Positions 1 through 13,619 of a stretch of DNA of 64,000 nt are shown here, one piece after another. Both the position numbers and the translations under genes were made by a program. Under the pieces are notes generated by a model, which did no database searches, was not told where the DNA came from, and saw only the letters and a list, made by a program, of their open reading frames with translations. How positions within the stretch are numbered: the first letter of the stretch is position 1; each line of letters begins with the position of its first letter. The stretch lies in NCBI GenBank assembly GCA_047967505.1, contig CM106538.1; one strand, given 5' to 3'. The stretch comes from Dipteris shenzhenensis (taxonomy: Eukaryota).

Positions 1-91
1 CCTTGTCTCTGTTGAAATCTTGCAATGCCTGCACTGGTATGCAAAGTAAGAAGAATGGAAGCCATGGAAACCCAAAGCTAGCCATTGACAT
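1..91 (-). CDS. Possible 5' end of a host gene with a signal-peptide-like N-terminus, running off the window edge
   Basis: Minus strand reads ATG(91) MSMASFGFPWLPFFLLCIPVQALQDFNRDK, open to position 1. It has a hydrophobic core ending in V-Q-A, and an upstream TTGCAG|G acceptor-like site at ~183. Only 30 codons are visible. Confidence 0.3.
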   Translation of the reverse strand, partial: MSMASFGFPWLPFFLLCIPVQALQDFNRDK

Positions 92-3000
92 CAGTGAAAA
101 CAAACTTCTGATCCTTAGCTATAGATATGACCCATCAGTTCTTGTAAGGATAGGGCTAAGTTGCAAATACCCTGGTAGAAACCTGCAATGCCAACACATT
201 CATACATCAACAGATGTTTCATATCAGTTTTGCCAATTACTTTCTATTATAATGCAAGAAAAAGTATTTTCCCTTTCCTTTTTTGTTCATAGATTGTACA
301 ACATCATGGCCAATATCTGCAGCTAGTCTTCTCACATTAGCAATAGTGCACGCAGCACTTTGTAACATGGTATCTTTCATGAGGCAACTCATAATGTCAA
401 GTCAGGAATCCCGTGTAATACACTTGCTAGCGTACACGAATCAACTTCCATATACAGACTTTAAAACTTGGGTGGAAGTGGGAGTTAAATTTGAGATTAC
501 AATTTCCAGCCGGGGAGAAAAAGGTGATCTAGAACGTAAATGTCCTAACAACGGTTTTGCGATTTTTGAAAATTGTGAAAGCTGCGCTCTACACTGCTAT
601 CTGAACGAAAGCTATACAAACAGATCTTCCAGGTTTAGTGATTTTTCGCTGGTACTGCCAGGACAGACGTAGCTTTGTACAGTCATTGTTTCCCGAACGA
701 AGAATTCAAAACCAAATGTGCTGTCAACGGACTAGCAAGCCAGCTGTGGACGGGAATGTGGTCGACACCGTCAATCTTTGCTGCCAACTGTTGTAGAAGA
801 GACAGACGACTTTGCTGGGCAGCACCTCTGAATTCAAGACTAGCAGGCAGCTCCGGCAGCTGCGGTTAGTGTATGTGGAGTAATAGGAGTTCGTATGCAT
901 CGAGCTGGTATACAGCACGATGTAACATTAGATTGCAAGCGGAGACAAGTTCTTCGCCAGGGAATGGGTTCAGCCACATAGTGGTGCTGTCAAATAGCGT
1001 GCAAAAAGTTACAAATCTTCTTAGCCTTGGGAAATTGGGTTCACCCTTGCAGAACGCTTTAGGACTGCTCAAATGCACAGGATCAGTGCCACGAGGAAAC
1101 AGCTGAGTCTGGAAAATAGATTGCACCTAGATTATCTGGACTGTCACTTTCTAAAGACTTCGGTATTCTTGGCCCTAAAGTGAAGACCAGTCATCGAAAC
1201 AAGCGTTTTAGCAGCTTCTTCTTATGGTTTCTCGAATGTCTGAAACCTCGAGTGTTGGGCTAATCATCAAATGGGCTGGCTACTGCGTAAAAGTTGCAAC
1301 TACCAACAGCTAGTTCTATGGCCAATGAAAACTTTCTATCCACTTGTAATCTCGATTAACGCTTGAACAGCTAGATTTTCTTAACGAGCCCAAATGAACA
1401 ATCAAAATATCAGTCCTAGCCAAGCCGAAATGAATTCTTAGAAGTTAGCCATATATTATAGTCGCCGCTCAAAAAAATCTTGGTCGCTTCGCTTTGAAGT
1501 CCGAGCACAGAATGGTGATGAACGCGATAAGACGGCGAAAATGCCGGGAGCCTGTATTGAAATATGCTAATGACAACCGCTCACTTCCGTTGGAACACAA
1601 TACAAGAGGGTGGCCAAACATACCTGAAGGCTGAGGTTATTCGATTCGAACACGATGCTTCAAATTATTGATTGACTGGAAGATAGAGATAGCAAGTTTG
1701 AATGGTATTTGACAGTATGAAGTTGTCACCTTGATTGTCCCTTTGTATATTGAGCAGCGATGATGCGAACTGTTGTCGAGATGTTTGCAACGGCGGATTA
1801 AGACATGGAGCTTTCGAGTCCTTGGCAGCCCCACAAGGCCTCTAAAGAGCCTCCTGCTTAAGCGACGATTGGAGAGGATTGAGAAAAAAAAGCAACGAAC
1901 GTTCAGCACTGCGACAATCCCGGTCGAGGGGTACAAATGCATGCATGCATGCCTGTGGAGGTTGCTGCGACGAAGGAAAAGAAACCGTTGTCTGAAAGCA
2001 ATTTGAGGAGCCGAGGAGTGACGGAGAGCTTCAAGGGAGTCAAGCAAAGCGTTGACAGCGCTCCAAGAGCTGAGAATGGCAAGAGGGTGAAGGATAGAAA
2101 AGCAAGCGAGCAACGCTGATAAGACCAGTAAGCACTCCGAAGAATTCGAGAAGGCTTACTTACATCCAGCTGATACTGGGTATGAAACACAGGATAGATG
2201 TTTGGTGGTCACTCCATTACTCATCGTCAATCCTTACAGTCAACCTCTCCGATCCGTAGGTAGTTCAGTCGTGAGATGGGATTTGTTATCGCAGAAGCTT
2301 GAATGGGTTGGCAGTAGATGGTCAGCTTGAGCATCATGTCTACAGCAAAGTCACGGGGTGACTATCAAGCACCTCTCATATACCTCGCAAGCAAGCTTTT
2401 AGCTCCCTGTATCAAGAGCACATACCTCCAACGTCTTACTCTATCGCCCTCCCTCATTTATTGTAGCAGCTAACGTCTTTCTCGATCACACTCTCTCATT
2501 CATGTAGTAGCCTTCATACAACACAACCGGTTTTATAATGCCTGAGGTACTGACCGCCGCTACCCAAGACTTGCAAATGCGTATTATAATCATGTAAATC
2601 GTGTACTTCCAGTGCTCATTAGCGCCTGCAATGGGTGTGTCTCAAGCACACTCTCATTCATTGTGGCATGTCTATTTTGAAATCACTGTGAGCTGGGTAA
2701 CGGGTTGGGTGTATGCATTATAGCTGGGGATCGGTGAAAGACTACTGAGAAAGCTGTCTTAATAGGTGGACGAGAAAGATTGGCAATGGGCATGGAGCGT
2801 TTGGGCGAAATATCTCATGAGCAGCAGTGGAGCTGCGCAGTGGGCAGATTAGAAAGAGAGCCAGGTAGCAAACCCAACTCAATGCGGAAGTGTGTTGTAC
2901 GAGGACTCACCAGGAGATGATCTGCCAAGGCAAACTACAGAGGTTGACAAGCTATTACAGTCCAAAAAAAATAAAGTTATTATAATTTACAGAATACGAC

Positions 3001-6000
3001 TGCTAACTAGTATAGAGAGATGCATCATGTATGCTTGGGTTAAGAGCTGTAGGAGCTGACAGGCCAGAGCCAGCAGCCATTCATGACGGCAAAGAGGTGA
3101 AACTTGAAAGAGTGGGCAAGGGGTTGGAACTTGAGTTTGGGAATAATAGCAAGCTAGCAGGCCTTGCAGCCTGCAGGTCTACGAGGTAACATACAACAAA
3201 ATTTGTGGCTCATTTGGCATATAAAATATATAAAATTGACAGGACTTGTAATGGTTTCCAGCCTTGCCATGGCAGCCTTATTATGTCCAGCTCAGCCGCT
3301 GACTAAGCGTGGCAGCGAGTCGGTTGGAAGGAAGGGTTTGCCTAATCAGAGGTGCTAGTGCCACGTGGGAGGCAGCCCTGCCTACATCAAGTGGATGCCT
3401 TAAATGTACGCGCACGATGGGCTCTATGAGTGGTGCTACGTGGAGACAGCCTGTCGTGTTGTGCCACGCTGGCCTACAACGCCCCTGGCCACATGAAGTG
3501 GATGGCTTCAATCCGCGTGCACAGACTGTGTGAATAGAGTCTGGACCATTTGTTGGGCACAATCAGTTCTGGTCTCTTGGGGGGACTTGAGTCTTGGGTA
3601 GCCGTATTGAAATCTTTTGGACAATAGCGTGCATTGCCAACTTGCTCTTTTTTGCTCTATTTGGAGACCATTTTGTCCTTTTTTCAACCTGCCACTTTCC
3701 TTATGTTTAATCCTATACAAAAAATAAAAGAGGCCCTTACAGCCATTGCATCTCTTTCACCCAATGTGCCACACGTGGCCGATTGGCTACCAAATTCAAT
3801 CCATCCTCTTTTCAGTCTGCCAAATGTTTCAAGATGCCATCTTGTGTAGATATATTATAGCCCTCCCTCAGACAGGAGTGCTCACCGCGTCACTCTTCAA
3901 AGAAAGGGGTGTGAGCGACTCAGGGAATCAGGATTATTGCGAGCACGCGTCTCTAATTCTTTCTCAAGAGACATGTTGACATTATTCATAGTAGGTTCTA
4001 GGCGACTACAAATCAAATTTCTCGAGAGTCGGAGCTGTGTGGCCCAGTGTGGGTTTTGAAACGAATGACCTTCCTGTAGTTTCGAGCCTTGAGCCTGGGT
4101 CGTGGAGATCGTTTCGTACAGGGCATGACTGCAGGGTGTAGCCTGCAGTTTTTTTACACGGCATCTGGTAACTCTGTATAAAATATATTTGGAATCTGGT
4201 ATTTCAGCCCACAGACTGTATACAGGTCCAAACTATACGTGATACTACAAATAGTCCCAACTTCCCAAGTCCACTCCTACTGGATCCATAGGACCCGAGA
4301 TCCCATGTTTCCGCAGACTCCAGCTTCGCATAGAATCACTGCACTCACCGTGCATCACGCAGAGTAAATTAATGCAGCTAAATTACAAACTCTAGGGAGG
4401 GTCTGGGACCAACTCTCTGTTCGTGCATACGAACATCGGGGTTCAGTCAGACATCATAGCTACTGAAGTAGCTTGGCTTCCTGTAGCTAGGACTCTAGCC
4501 TTCCGTCGTTCCATGGTCCATCGGTCCCGTTTCAACTTTTTCTATCTGAAGCTAAAGTTACATAAAGGGCACAATGCCATCTGCTTGCTTAGCTTACTAC
4601 CTAGGTCCTGTAGGTTATCTCAATGCTCAAGCTAGGGGTATTGTAGATTTCCCCGCATACCTGTAGAAATTTTCACATGACTCGACACGAGGTTCTACGA
4701 GGCACCGATCTAGCCTAAAGTGCACTACCATGGGTTCCTTATAAAAATACATTTGGGAGCTTCAACTATGCTCGCGACCTAAGCTCAGTAGGGTTCAGAC
4801 ACTGATAATGAGCGAGGAATCAAATCGTTCCTTTTCCCAGAAGGAAAACTGATAATTAGTTCCCTCTAGAGATATTGCACCTCAATTTCCAAACTCTGAT
4901 AGTCAGCAAGGAAGGGAGAAGTAAAATTCACTCTTAAAATTTAAGTGATTAACGTGCTCAACCTCGAGCGTACAGCCTACTATACCATCCACTGGGCCTG
5001 GGCACCGATCGGCGTCCCCTTGAGTCTTTTGGACTGCCAATTTCCAAACTCCAATGATATTCCTTGAGCTGCTCAGCTCAATGGTTGCCGCGAATCCCGC
5101 GATCCGAAAGTGATCCACGAGTTCTCTGGCTGCTGGCCTACTGGCTCGAGTGTGACTGTCGAGTCCCGACATGGCAAGGCCGCTTTGACTGCCCACTTGC
5201 CAGTCCGTGACCCATCCCATGGTACCTCTGACTCAGCATGTATGTGTCCTATCTCAGGAAGACATCTGTAATCGCATTACCTTGTACAAATTTGCAATCC
5301 TGCTTGTAAACTTTTGAACAGGCTAGCCGCACTCATACGATTAAACACCCTATCTCCCGACTCTCCGGTCCTTGGTAACTGGAGCCTATTACGGTGCCGG
5401 CAAAGACCGTGATCAAGCATTGATGAGAAAGTTCGCTGATTTTAGCAAAACTAGGCAATGCATTGTGCACCGATGACCGATATATGCAAGTTAATTTGCA
5501 AGCTGCAACCAGCTCGTTTGCCAAGAATCGGTGATGAATACTAGTAATAATAATCAGCGTGAATCTGAATCACCACGGAGTTACGGACGGCGCAGCAACG
5601 ATGAAAAAGCCATTCAAAGGCCAGATCAAGGGACCAGATTCCAGAGTGATACACATAATCCAGAATCCAGATTATGCATTGTTCAGCAGATTTAAGGCCA
5701 TTTGATAAACCCCAACACATGCAAGGACAGTTTTCTCCGTCTGATGAAAGTGACAATTGTCTAAAAGTCTCCCGAATCCAGACTCTACAACGACACGGCG
5801 TGAACGTACACGCTCTTAGAGCCATGGCGTTTGGGTTCTTAGATTAATTTCTTACATATGAATCTTTCTAGTTCTTTTTGAAAAGTTAACGCCGAATATA
5901 ATTTATCGGTGCATTCGAGAGGCGCTCTCATCAGGCATTTCTTTCAAAAGATCTCCGAACGGGGACTCGAAAACTTGGCTATTTTCGAGTTAAAGGTACA

Positions 6001-6187
6001 ATTTATCCGGCAACAGTCGTCGCATGCAACAATAGAGATTCGAGTCATACAATGTGGAAAGCTAGACACAGGAAGAAAATCAATGAATGAGTCGTACATA
6101 CATGATACTACTGGTTTCTTCTTTTTCTTTGATTGCCTTCACCTTAAACGCATTCAATCTGAGGTGAAAATGACCGTTGCCGGCTAA

Positions 6188-6600
6188 GGGGCAGACCACA
6201 CGGCACAAAGAATGCTAGGCTAGTGCCACTTCAAGGCCCCAAACTATATATTGCGTGTGAACAAAAGTGAAGGTGCCTTTAATGCTCTGGCTGAGCTTAC
6301 TGCATAGTCTGACGATCTGCAGGAAGAGCTGTAGGGTGTTGGAGACTTGTAGGTGGCAATGCTTCATTGGACAGAGAGAGCAGTCTGTCAGCTCCCGGAG
6401 CATTATAGCCAATGCACAGAAACACATGGCAAAAGCCTATTGGCTGGAGCAGGAATGGCGCACCAATGCTGAATTTTGCAACCTCCAAAATGGAGGTGCA
6501 AATTTGAGCACCAGTGGCGCTCAAGCTTGACCTCGAAAATAGTGAAGCTCCCCAAAGCTAGCCACCAGCTGCGCATTCGTGGAAGCGTGTGCACTGGACC
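6188..6600. mobile_element. Tourist/PIF-Harbinger-like MITE
   Basis: Flanked by TAA (6185-6187) and TAA (6601-6603). Imperfect 15-bp TIRs GGGGCAGACCACACG / GGTCCAGTGCACACG (11/15). Non-coding. Right half resembles 8330-8492. Confidence 0.65.
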
Positions 6601-8119
6601 TAATTGATCGTATCTTTCGGGCTTGAATTTAAGCAAGCACAATTGTATAGTACACCCCCGGCGGTCCCGGCGGGAGGCTAATTAGCAGCCGGAGTACGTT
6701 TACTGACTTCTGAGTCCCTCGGATGGGTAAGTGACAAGTGTATTTACTAAAGAATCACGCCAGGGACGAAGATGGGTAGTGTACTTCACGCAAGCCGGTC
6801 AGTACTACCATAGTCCCTTCATGGATCAACCGTGGCACAGTGTAATAAGCACTGAGAATCGCTCCCGCTGCGGGCACGGAAAGCCACTATTTGGCAGTTT
6901 CATGGAGTCACGCTAGGTCTCCAGAGAGCATTCTGTGCTGCATCTGGCAACCGTGCATCAGCGATGCGCAAAAAACTGCACAGCAGCACGCCGACTGGCA
7001 TTTACTATCGTGCACTGTGCGTCGCTCTTGAGAATCTTGGAGGGCTTGCACCGTGCAGCCTCTTGCTACGGGAAACACTTTGCATTCCTTTGAATTCCTG
7101 GTGAAGCAAAGAATCCATACGAAAGTGGTGAAATCGGTGACGCGTGAGTGTAATAATAAAAGACGGACTGAGGCCCGAGGGGCACCTATGAATGGCATGC
7201 GAACTTACATGTTGCCAACCATTGTCAAGCAGTGCAAACTTCAAGGCACTGAGGAAATGATACTCCTCCGAACTGTGATCTGAGGGGAGTGATGCGCCGT
7301 TCTGGTTGCACGGCAGTCTGATGAAGCTAGCTTTCCAAGTTCCAACAAATATGATCAAGTAGCTGCAATTGGAAGAGGTGAGCTGGTGAGTGGAGAGCTC
7401 AGAGCTGCTCTCATCAGAGGAGAATTGCAGTGTGCACTGGGCTGCGGGCAGCATGCTCCTGAGTCGGAGACATGAACCGCTTGATTAACGAAGCCTCTCT
7501 CCATCAAATCAAGACTGTGAGAGTGCAGTGGGAACGTGTGTCTACAAGGGCGGGGGATTGCTACTTGATCAGATTTGAATCTGAGCAGCAGCAGAGTAGG
7601 ACGGATCATGAATCGATGCTCTTTTTGTTTTTGAACAAAATCAGTGGCATTGGATGCAAAACCCAACACGCGTTGTATGCAAAGTGCATACCCCCACATG
7701 CCTAATTCCTGAGCAAAGGCTCTGCGTCCTGGCAGCTCGAGCACCGACCTGCACGACTATTTGCATGCATTTCGATCGTCTGCTTGTCCTTTAGTGTATT
7801 TTGCACCTGTTGAAATTGAGAAAAACCAGCTATAGTTTTATGTGCCTTAAAAATAATGGCTGAGGTTTTGAATAATTTAGTTTTGAAAACGAAAACCGGG
7901 TGTGAGATTGGAAATGTGGCTTCACTTGGAGAGTGTCCTTACTTTGATTGGCTCGGAAAAGAGGTTTCTCGCTAGCACTACTTCGATTCCCCTCAAGGTG
8001 AGAGAGTCGCTGGTGTCAACATAGCCCACGAGCAGCAAAGCCCCTGTGTAGTTGGTCAAGTGTGTGTAATATGCCTAATGGAAAATCAATGCAGAGTGAC
8101 ACTCCCTTCTCACAATTTA

Positions 8120-8492
8120 GGGTCTCTGCACACGAGACACAAATGCGTAGCTGGTGGCACAACAAGATTTTGCTCACACACATAAATTCCTCAAGGAGGC
8201 TTTGGCATTTAGTAGAGGTTGGATAGAGGTCTGAGCACTTGCAAGGAGCTCTGCACTTGAGAGGTGGGAAGTTCTCATTGGTGTACCCATCCAAATTTAA
8301 TCTACTCTCAGTTTGAAATGCTAGTCTCCTACTGGCTGGAGGTGAAATAGAGCACTGGTGCTCAAAATGGCACCTTTAAAAAATGAGTTGAAAAAACGAG
8401 CACCAGTGGCACTCCAACTGTGCCTCGAAATTTGAGCCACCCTTCAAACCTCACCACCAGTGGTGCATTTTAGGCCACGTGTGCACTAAGCC
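8120..8492. mobile_element. Tourist/PIF-Harbinger-like MITE, related to 6188-6600
   Basis: Flanked by TTA (8117-8119) and TTA (8493-8495). TIRs GGGTCTCTGCACACG / GGCTTAGTGCACACG (11/15). Shares GAGCACCAGTGGC and CCTCGAAA motifs with the first copy. Confidence 0.65.
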
Positions 8493-9015
8493 TTAGTGAT
8501 CAATCCTTGGGGTGTAATGTGAATGCATATATAAATTAGGGAATGTCTATTAGAGTTCATCTAGCAACCATTGGCCCCTTACCGCCTGTAGCCTCTGCAA
8601 GTTGAGGTGAATCCTTTACAACAGAGGACAGTCCCTATGAATAGGTAAAGCCACCTACAACGTTGAATGGGCTTCTTTTTTTGGTTTGTAGGAAACAGAC
8701 TTTGGATTTTTGCAGGTTGATAGATGGTGCCTCAAGCCACCCCATAGAACCTTTGTAGCAAGTAAAGATATCTACCGAAGCTAGTTGGCATGGTCCATGG
8801 GTGCAATTTGAATGCATATGTAGACTATTGAATGTTCAATCATTTAGAACTCATCTCATCCCCAGCTCCAACAATCCTCCAACAATCACCCACCATTGAA
8901 GCTTTTGCAAGCTGTGGTGAGTTATTTATTTTTTTGATTTACAGGAATTCAACTTTGGTTTCTAGTTGCCAAGAGGTGACTCAAGCCCCTCCTAGAACCT
9001 TTTGAACGAGTTAAG

Positions 9016-11509
9016 TGTTGGATTGTGAATGTGAGAAGATGAAGAAGGAAACATGCATGCAAAGAGAAAGAGATCAGGGAGCAAACAAAGAGAGCGACCA
9101 TTCATATAAAAGAAGACTTTGTTGTTTGTATTGAGAAAACATGCATTCTTGTAGAACATCAAGTAGTTATTTGGCTACAACCAATTGAGTGATTAGCGCA
9201 AACATGCGCGCGTGATCCGGTTGATTATTTTAGGCTAATCACATTTGGGAGTTAATTATTCTAAGACCCCCCCTTAACTCTAAATGTGAGAGCAGTTCTG
9301 AGATACTACTGCGGGCTAGAAAGGCCAATTGAGATGCAACATTTCCAATGTTACGGGCCTAGAAGAGAATTCATGAGCACATCAGCCTTCATTTCTGCTG
9401 TTGGGACATATGCTAACCGGACCGTGCCATTGTCCACATGATCTTTTAGAAAGTGGTACTTTAGATCTATGTGTTTAGTGCGATCACTTTGCATGACATT
9501 ATGAGCTATCGCGATGTAGGACTGGTTGTTCAAGTGAAGAGTGAATGGCCCTTTGATTGAAACACCGAGCTCGTGGAGGAGACCTTTGATCCATAAGCCA
9601 TCCCGAACCGCCGCTGCTGATGCAATGTATTCAGCCTCAGTAGTGGACATGGCAATGGTAGCCTGCTTCTTGGAATGCCAAGTGATGGGTCTAGATGCCA
9701 TTTGGTATAGGAAGCCAGTGGTAGACTTCCTAGTGTCGAGGTCACCACCCCAGTCTGCATCGCACCAACCTGTGGGAGTCATTGACTTGTCGAAGTAGTA
9801 GGAGATTCGGACATTCTGAGGGTACTGCAGATAGCAAAATAGTCGTTGAACAACTTGCCAGTGTTGACGACCAAGATTTTGCATATGTTGAGATACCTGT
9901 GAAGCTGAGAAGGCAATGTCAGGGTGCGTGTAGGTCACCAAATACCGGATCGAGCCAACCGCCTCACAATAGGGGATGTTGCTCATGAGGACTTTCATTT
10001 CTTCATCACTTCGAGACATTAATTTGGAAAACTGCTGGTTGGCCTGCATGGGTGTGGAGATTGGCTTGGAAGCACTCATTTAAAATTGGTGTAAGATGTC
10101 CAGGATGTAGCGACGTTGGACCAGCTTGATATAGACAGATTGAGGGTTGCGTTGGATCTGTATCCCAAGGCAATACTGAGCTGGTCCATTGTCTGTCATC
10201 TCAAATTCAAGTGAGAGTTGCATTTTAATTTGAACGAGAAAATCTAAATCATTAGAGGAAAGAAGCAAATCATCCACATAGAGTCCAAGGATACAGTAAG
10301 CAAGATGGGACCTGGACCATTTGATGTAGACACTCGAGTCAGAGCATGTGCGTTTGAAGCCGAGTTCGTTGAGAAACTTGTGAAGACGGTGATACCAGAC
10401 ACTTGGAGATTGTTTGAGACCGTATAAGTTCTTGAGGAGGAGGCAAACTTTATTTTCTTGACCTGAAGGTTCATATCCTCTGGGCTGGCATATGTAGACT
10501 CGTTGATATTTCGAAAGCACTCCATTCAGAAACTCGGTCTTCACATCCATTTGATGCTAGTGGAGGCCTTTCGATGCGCTGAGAGCTATGATTAGCCCGA
10601 GGGATTGAATTTTGATTACGGGGGCATACGTTTCAGCATAATCAATGCCATGGATTTGAGAGAAGCCTTGTGCCACGAGCCTAGCTTTGTAGCAAGAGAT
10701 GGAGCCGTCTGCATTGAACTTTTTCTTTAAAAGCCATTTCGAACCAATGATCTTGCGCTTGTTCGGAGGGTCGACTAAGATCCATGCATGGTTCTTTGAG
10801 AGGGACTCAAATTTATCGTCCATGGCATTTCTCCATAATGGGGCTTCAGGGGAGTGAAGAGCCGATTGAAGAGGTATGTGATCATCGACCCTGCCAACGG
10901 GGGGCTGTGTTGATGCACCCAAGGAGTAGTCAGAGTCACGAAAGCATTGTCCATACTAATCGCGAGTGGAACGAGAGGACCTTTGGATGGGCAGCTACGT
11001 GGGCGATCCGTGAGTTACATTACGGAGGGAATCCTCTTGATCAAGATGGAGCCAAGGTTGAGCGTCGACGTAGCCTTCGGGATCAATGGGTTCTATGGGA
11101 GGGTCAAGCATCACTGGTGAAAGGGGAGCAGTAGACTGCTTCGTAGGTGCATCTTCTTGGTTGATTTGTGTGGGATTTTGGGGATCTGGTCGGAGATGAA
11201 GAGGATTGAACAGAATTGGAGTTGACTACACAGATGAAGGGGCGTTGACATATTTTAACTGGAGTTGTGCCTTTGTTTGCTGGAGGGAACATCACGTTGC
11301 GCGATTGGGTGGATGAGGACCACCAAGCGGAGTGATAGGTTGCATGGTTGCGATGTGGACTGGTGGATTCACTGAACGTGGCATGAGCGGGATGCCATCC
11401 TCATCCTCATCCTCGGGATGATAGAGAGTTTTTGGGTTGTGAAGTTGGGATATGGTTCCAGAAGAGAGATGGGGAAGGGTGACCTTGATCGTCATGTTCG
11501 TCCTCCTTG
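9016..11509 (-). mobile_element. Ty1/copia retrotransposon A, 3' half (RT, RNase H, PPT, 3' LTR), decayed; 5' half missing
   Basis: RT motifs YKARLVAQGFSQ, MDVKTEFLNG, LYGLKQ, LYVDDLL. RNase H motifs DADWGGD, KKQATIAMSTTEAEY, KHIDLKYHF. PPT TTAAGGGGGGG abuts a putative LTR at 9266 to 9016 ending in CAACA. In-frame stops present. Cut at 11509 by the LTR of copia B. Confidence 0.9.
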
Positions 11510-11866
11510 TGTGAAGAAAGTGGGAGAGAAGTAAGGAGTCTCACTTGCAAGTTTCTCACATACACAATGGGGAATACACACAAAGGTGGAGGCTGAAAAC
11601 AGTTTTCCTCTTCTTAGTTGTGAAGGCCAAAAGAACTCTCTCTTAGTACAAAAGGAATAGATGAACCCTATATGTGGGTCTCAAACCAAACTCAGCTAAC
11701 CTAGGTGGCATACTAACTGAGCCACTAACTAGAGTACATAAAGGTAGTTATCATCCAGCTATTATTCATGGGTGGTGTACCAATCGCATCTATAGCTAAC
11801 AAGTCAGTGACATAAATGCACAACGGTCACCCTGGCATATCACGAGTGGAGCTCGATATCTCAACA
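11510..11866 (-). repeat. 3' LTR of copia B copy 1
   Basis: TGTTGA...CTTCACA on the minus strand, next to the PPT. It is the inverted homolog of 29465-29570 plus 32159-32401. Confidence 0.88.
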
Positions 11867-13619
11867 CTCCCCCTCGAGCTCAATCCCAATTCTTGCACAC
11901 CAAGCAGGTCTCTGAACTTGCGCAGCTTTTCTGCACCCAATGCCTTTGTGAATATGTCAGCTACCTCATCCTCTGTGCTAACATAAACCAAATCAATAAA
12001 ACCTTCTAGAACCTTCTCTCGCACGTAGTGATAATGCACCTCAATGTACTTTGTTCTAGCATGATAGACTGGGTTATTTGCCAAGTGTATACTGCTCATG
12101 TTGTCACAATAAATGACAATTGGCCCATCTGTAGACTGATGCATATCATAAAGTGGCTTACGCAACCAAGCTACCTCACATGCAACCATTGCTGCACCCC
12201 TATACTCAACCTCTGTGCTCGACAAGGCAACTGTAGGCTGCTTCTTGCTGCTCCAAGTGACTGCAGCACTCCCAAAAGAAAACACATATCCACTAGTAGA
12301 TCATTTATCAGAAATAGAACTAGTGCAATCAGCATCAGTATATCCATACAACTGTATTTGAACCCCACTCTCATAAAATAGTCCATACTACAATGTGGAC
12401 TTCACATACCTCAGTATGCATCTAGCCACATCTAAATGCGATTTCCTTGGAGCCTGCATAAACTAACTTACGAACCCAATAGCATAGCTCAAATCTGGCA
12501 TGGTAATAGTCATATAAATCAAACTTCCTACTATGCGTCTGTACATAGTAGGGTCTTCCAGAAGCTCACCTGCATCTGTGCTCAGCTTCACATTCTGCTC
12601 CAAAGGAACTGAAATAGGCTTACAGCTTGTCATCCCATATCTGGACAGCATGTCCAATCCATATTACCTGTGCAAGAGCCAATCACCTCAATGCCCAAGA
12701 AATAACGCAGCTCTCCCAAATCCTTCATCTCAAACTTCTGCTTCAATAGCATTTTCACATGAAGGATATCTTCATCACTATCACCTGTGATGATCAAATC
12801 ATCAAGATAAATGATAAGCAGCATAATACCTTTCTCTGTTTTTCTCACATAAAGTGAGAAATCTACCGTGAAATCTGAAAGCCAATAGTGACAAGATACA
12901 GTCCTATCTTGTCAGACCATGCTCTGGGTGCTTGCTTTAAGCCATACAAGGATTTCTTCAACCTACAAACAAACTCAGGAAGAACAGCATGCATATAACT
13001 TGGTGGTTGCTCCATATAGACCTCTTCTTGCAAATCACCATGCAAGAAGGCATTCTTTACATCCATCTGATGTAAAGACCATCCCTTTGATGTAGCCATC
13101 AATGACTGCTCTTACAGTTGCCATCCTTGCAACTGGACTGAATGTTTCTTCATAATCAATGCCATATGTCTATGCATACCCCTTGACAACTAATCTTGCC
13201 TTGTATCTACTCACAGAACCATTTGCATTGTCACTACTACACACGGATCCTATTGCGACATTTATATACCGACGTTTAGCGCCCACATGGCGTTAATTGT
13301 CAGTATGAAAAGTGGGTTCCGTAAAGCATCGCTATATAGCGACGCTTGGCAAAAGTCCCTATATAGTGACTTTTATAAAGGTCGCTATATAGCGACTTTT
13401 ATAAAGGTCGCTATATAGCGACACTGATATACTATTTTATAGCGACGTTTTCCAGAGAGGCTTTTTTTTCCATATAGGCCTTAAAAGTTAGTTTTTTCCA
13501 ATGACAAATTTTTTTTAAATTTCATACATGTTTGATCTCATAGAGAATAAAAATATGAGAGCATGTACATCAAGCCTTTGAAGCTCATATATTCATGTCC
13601 AAGTTTGAGATGAAAAAAG

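Noticed and set aside
6700-6775. Hammerhead-like CTGA-GTCCCT...AGGGAC-GAAG
   Set aside because: The core deviates from CTGANGA/GAAA and no convincing stems I/III were found.
1637-7744. Assorted 60-160-aa ORFs
   Set aside because: No recognisable domains or consistent splice pattern.
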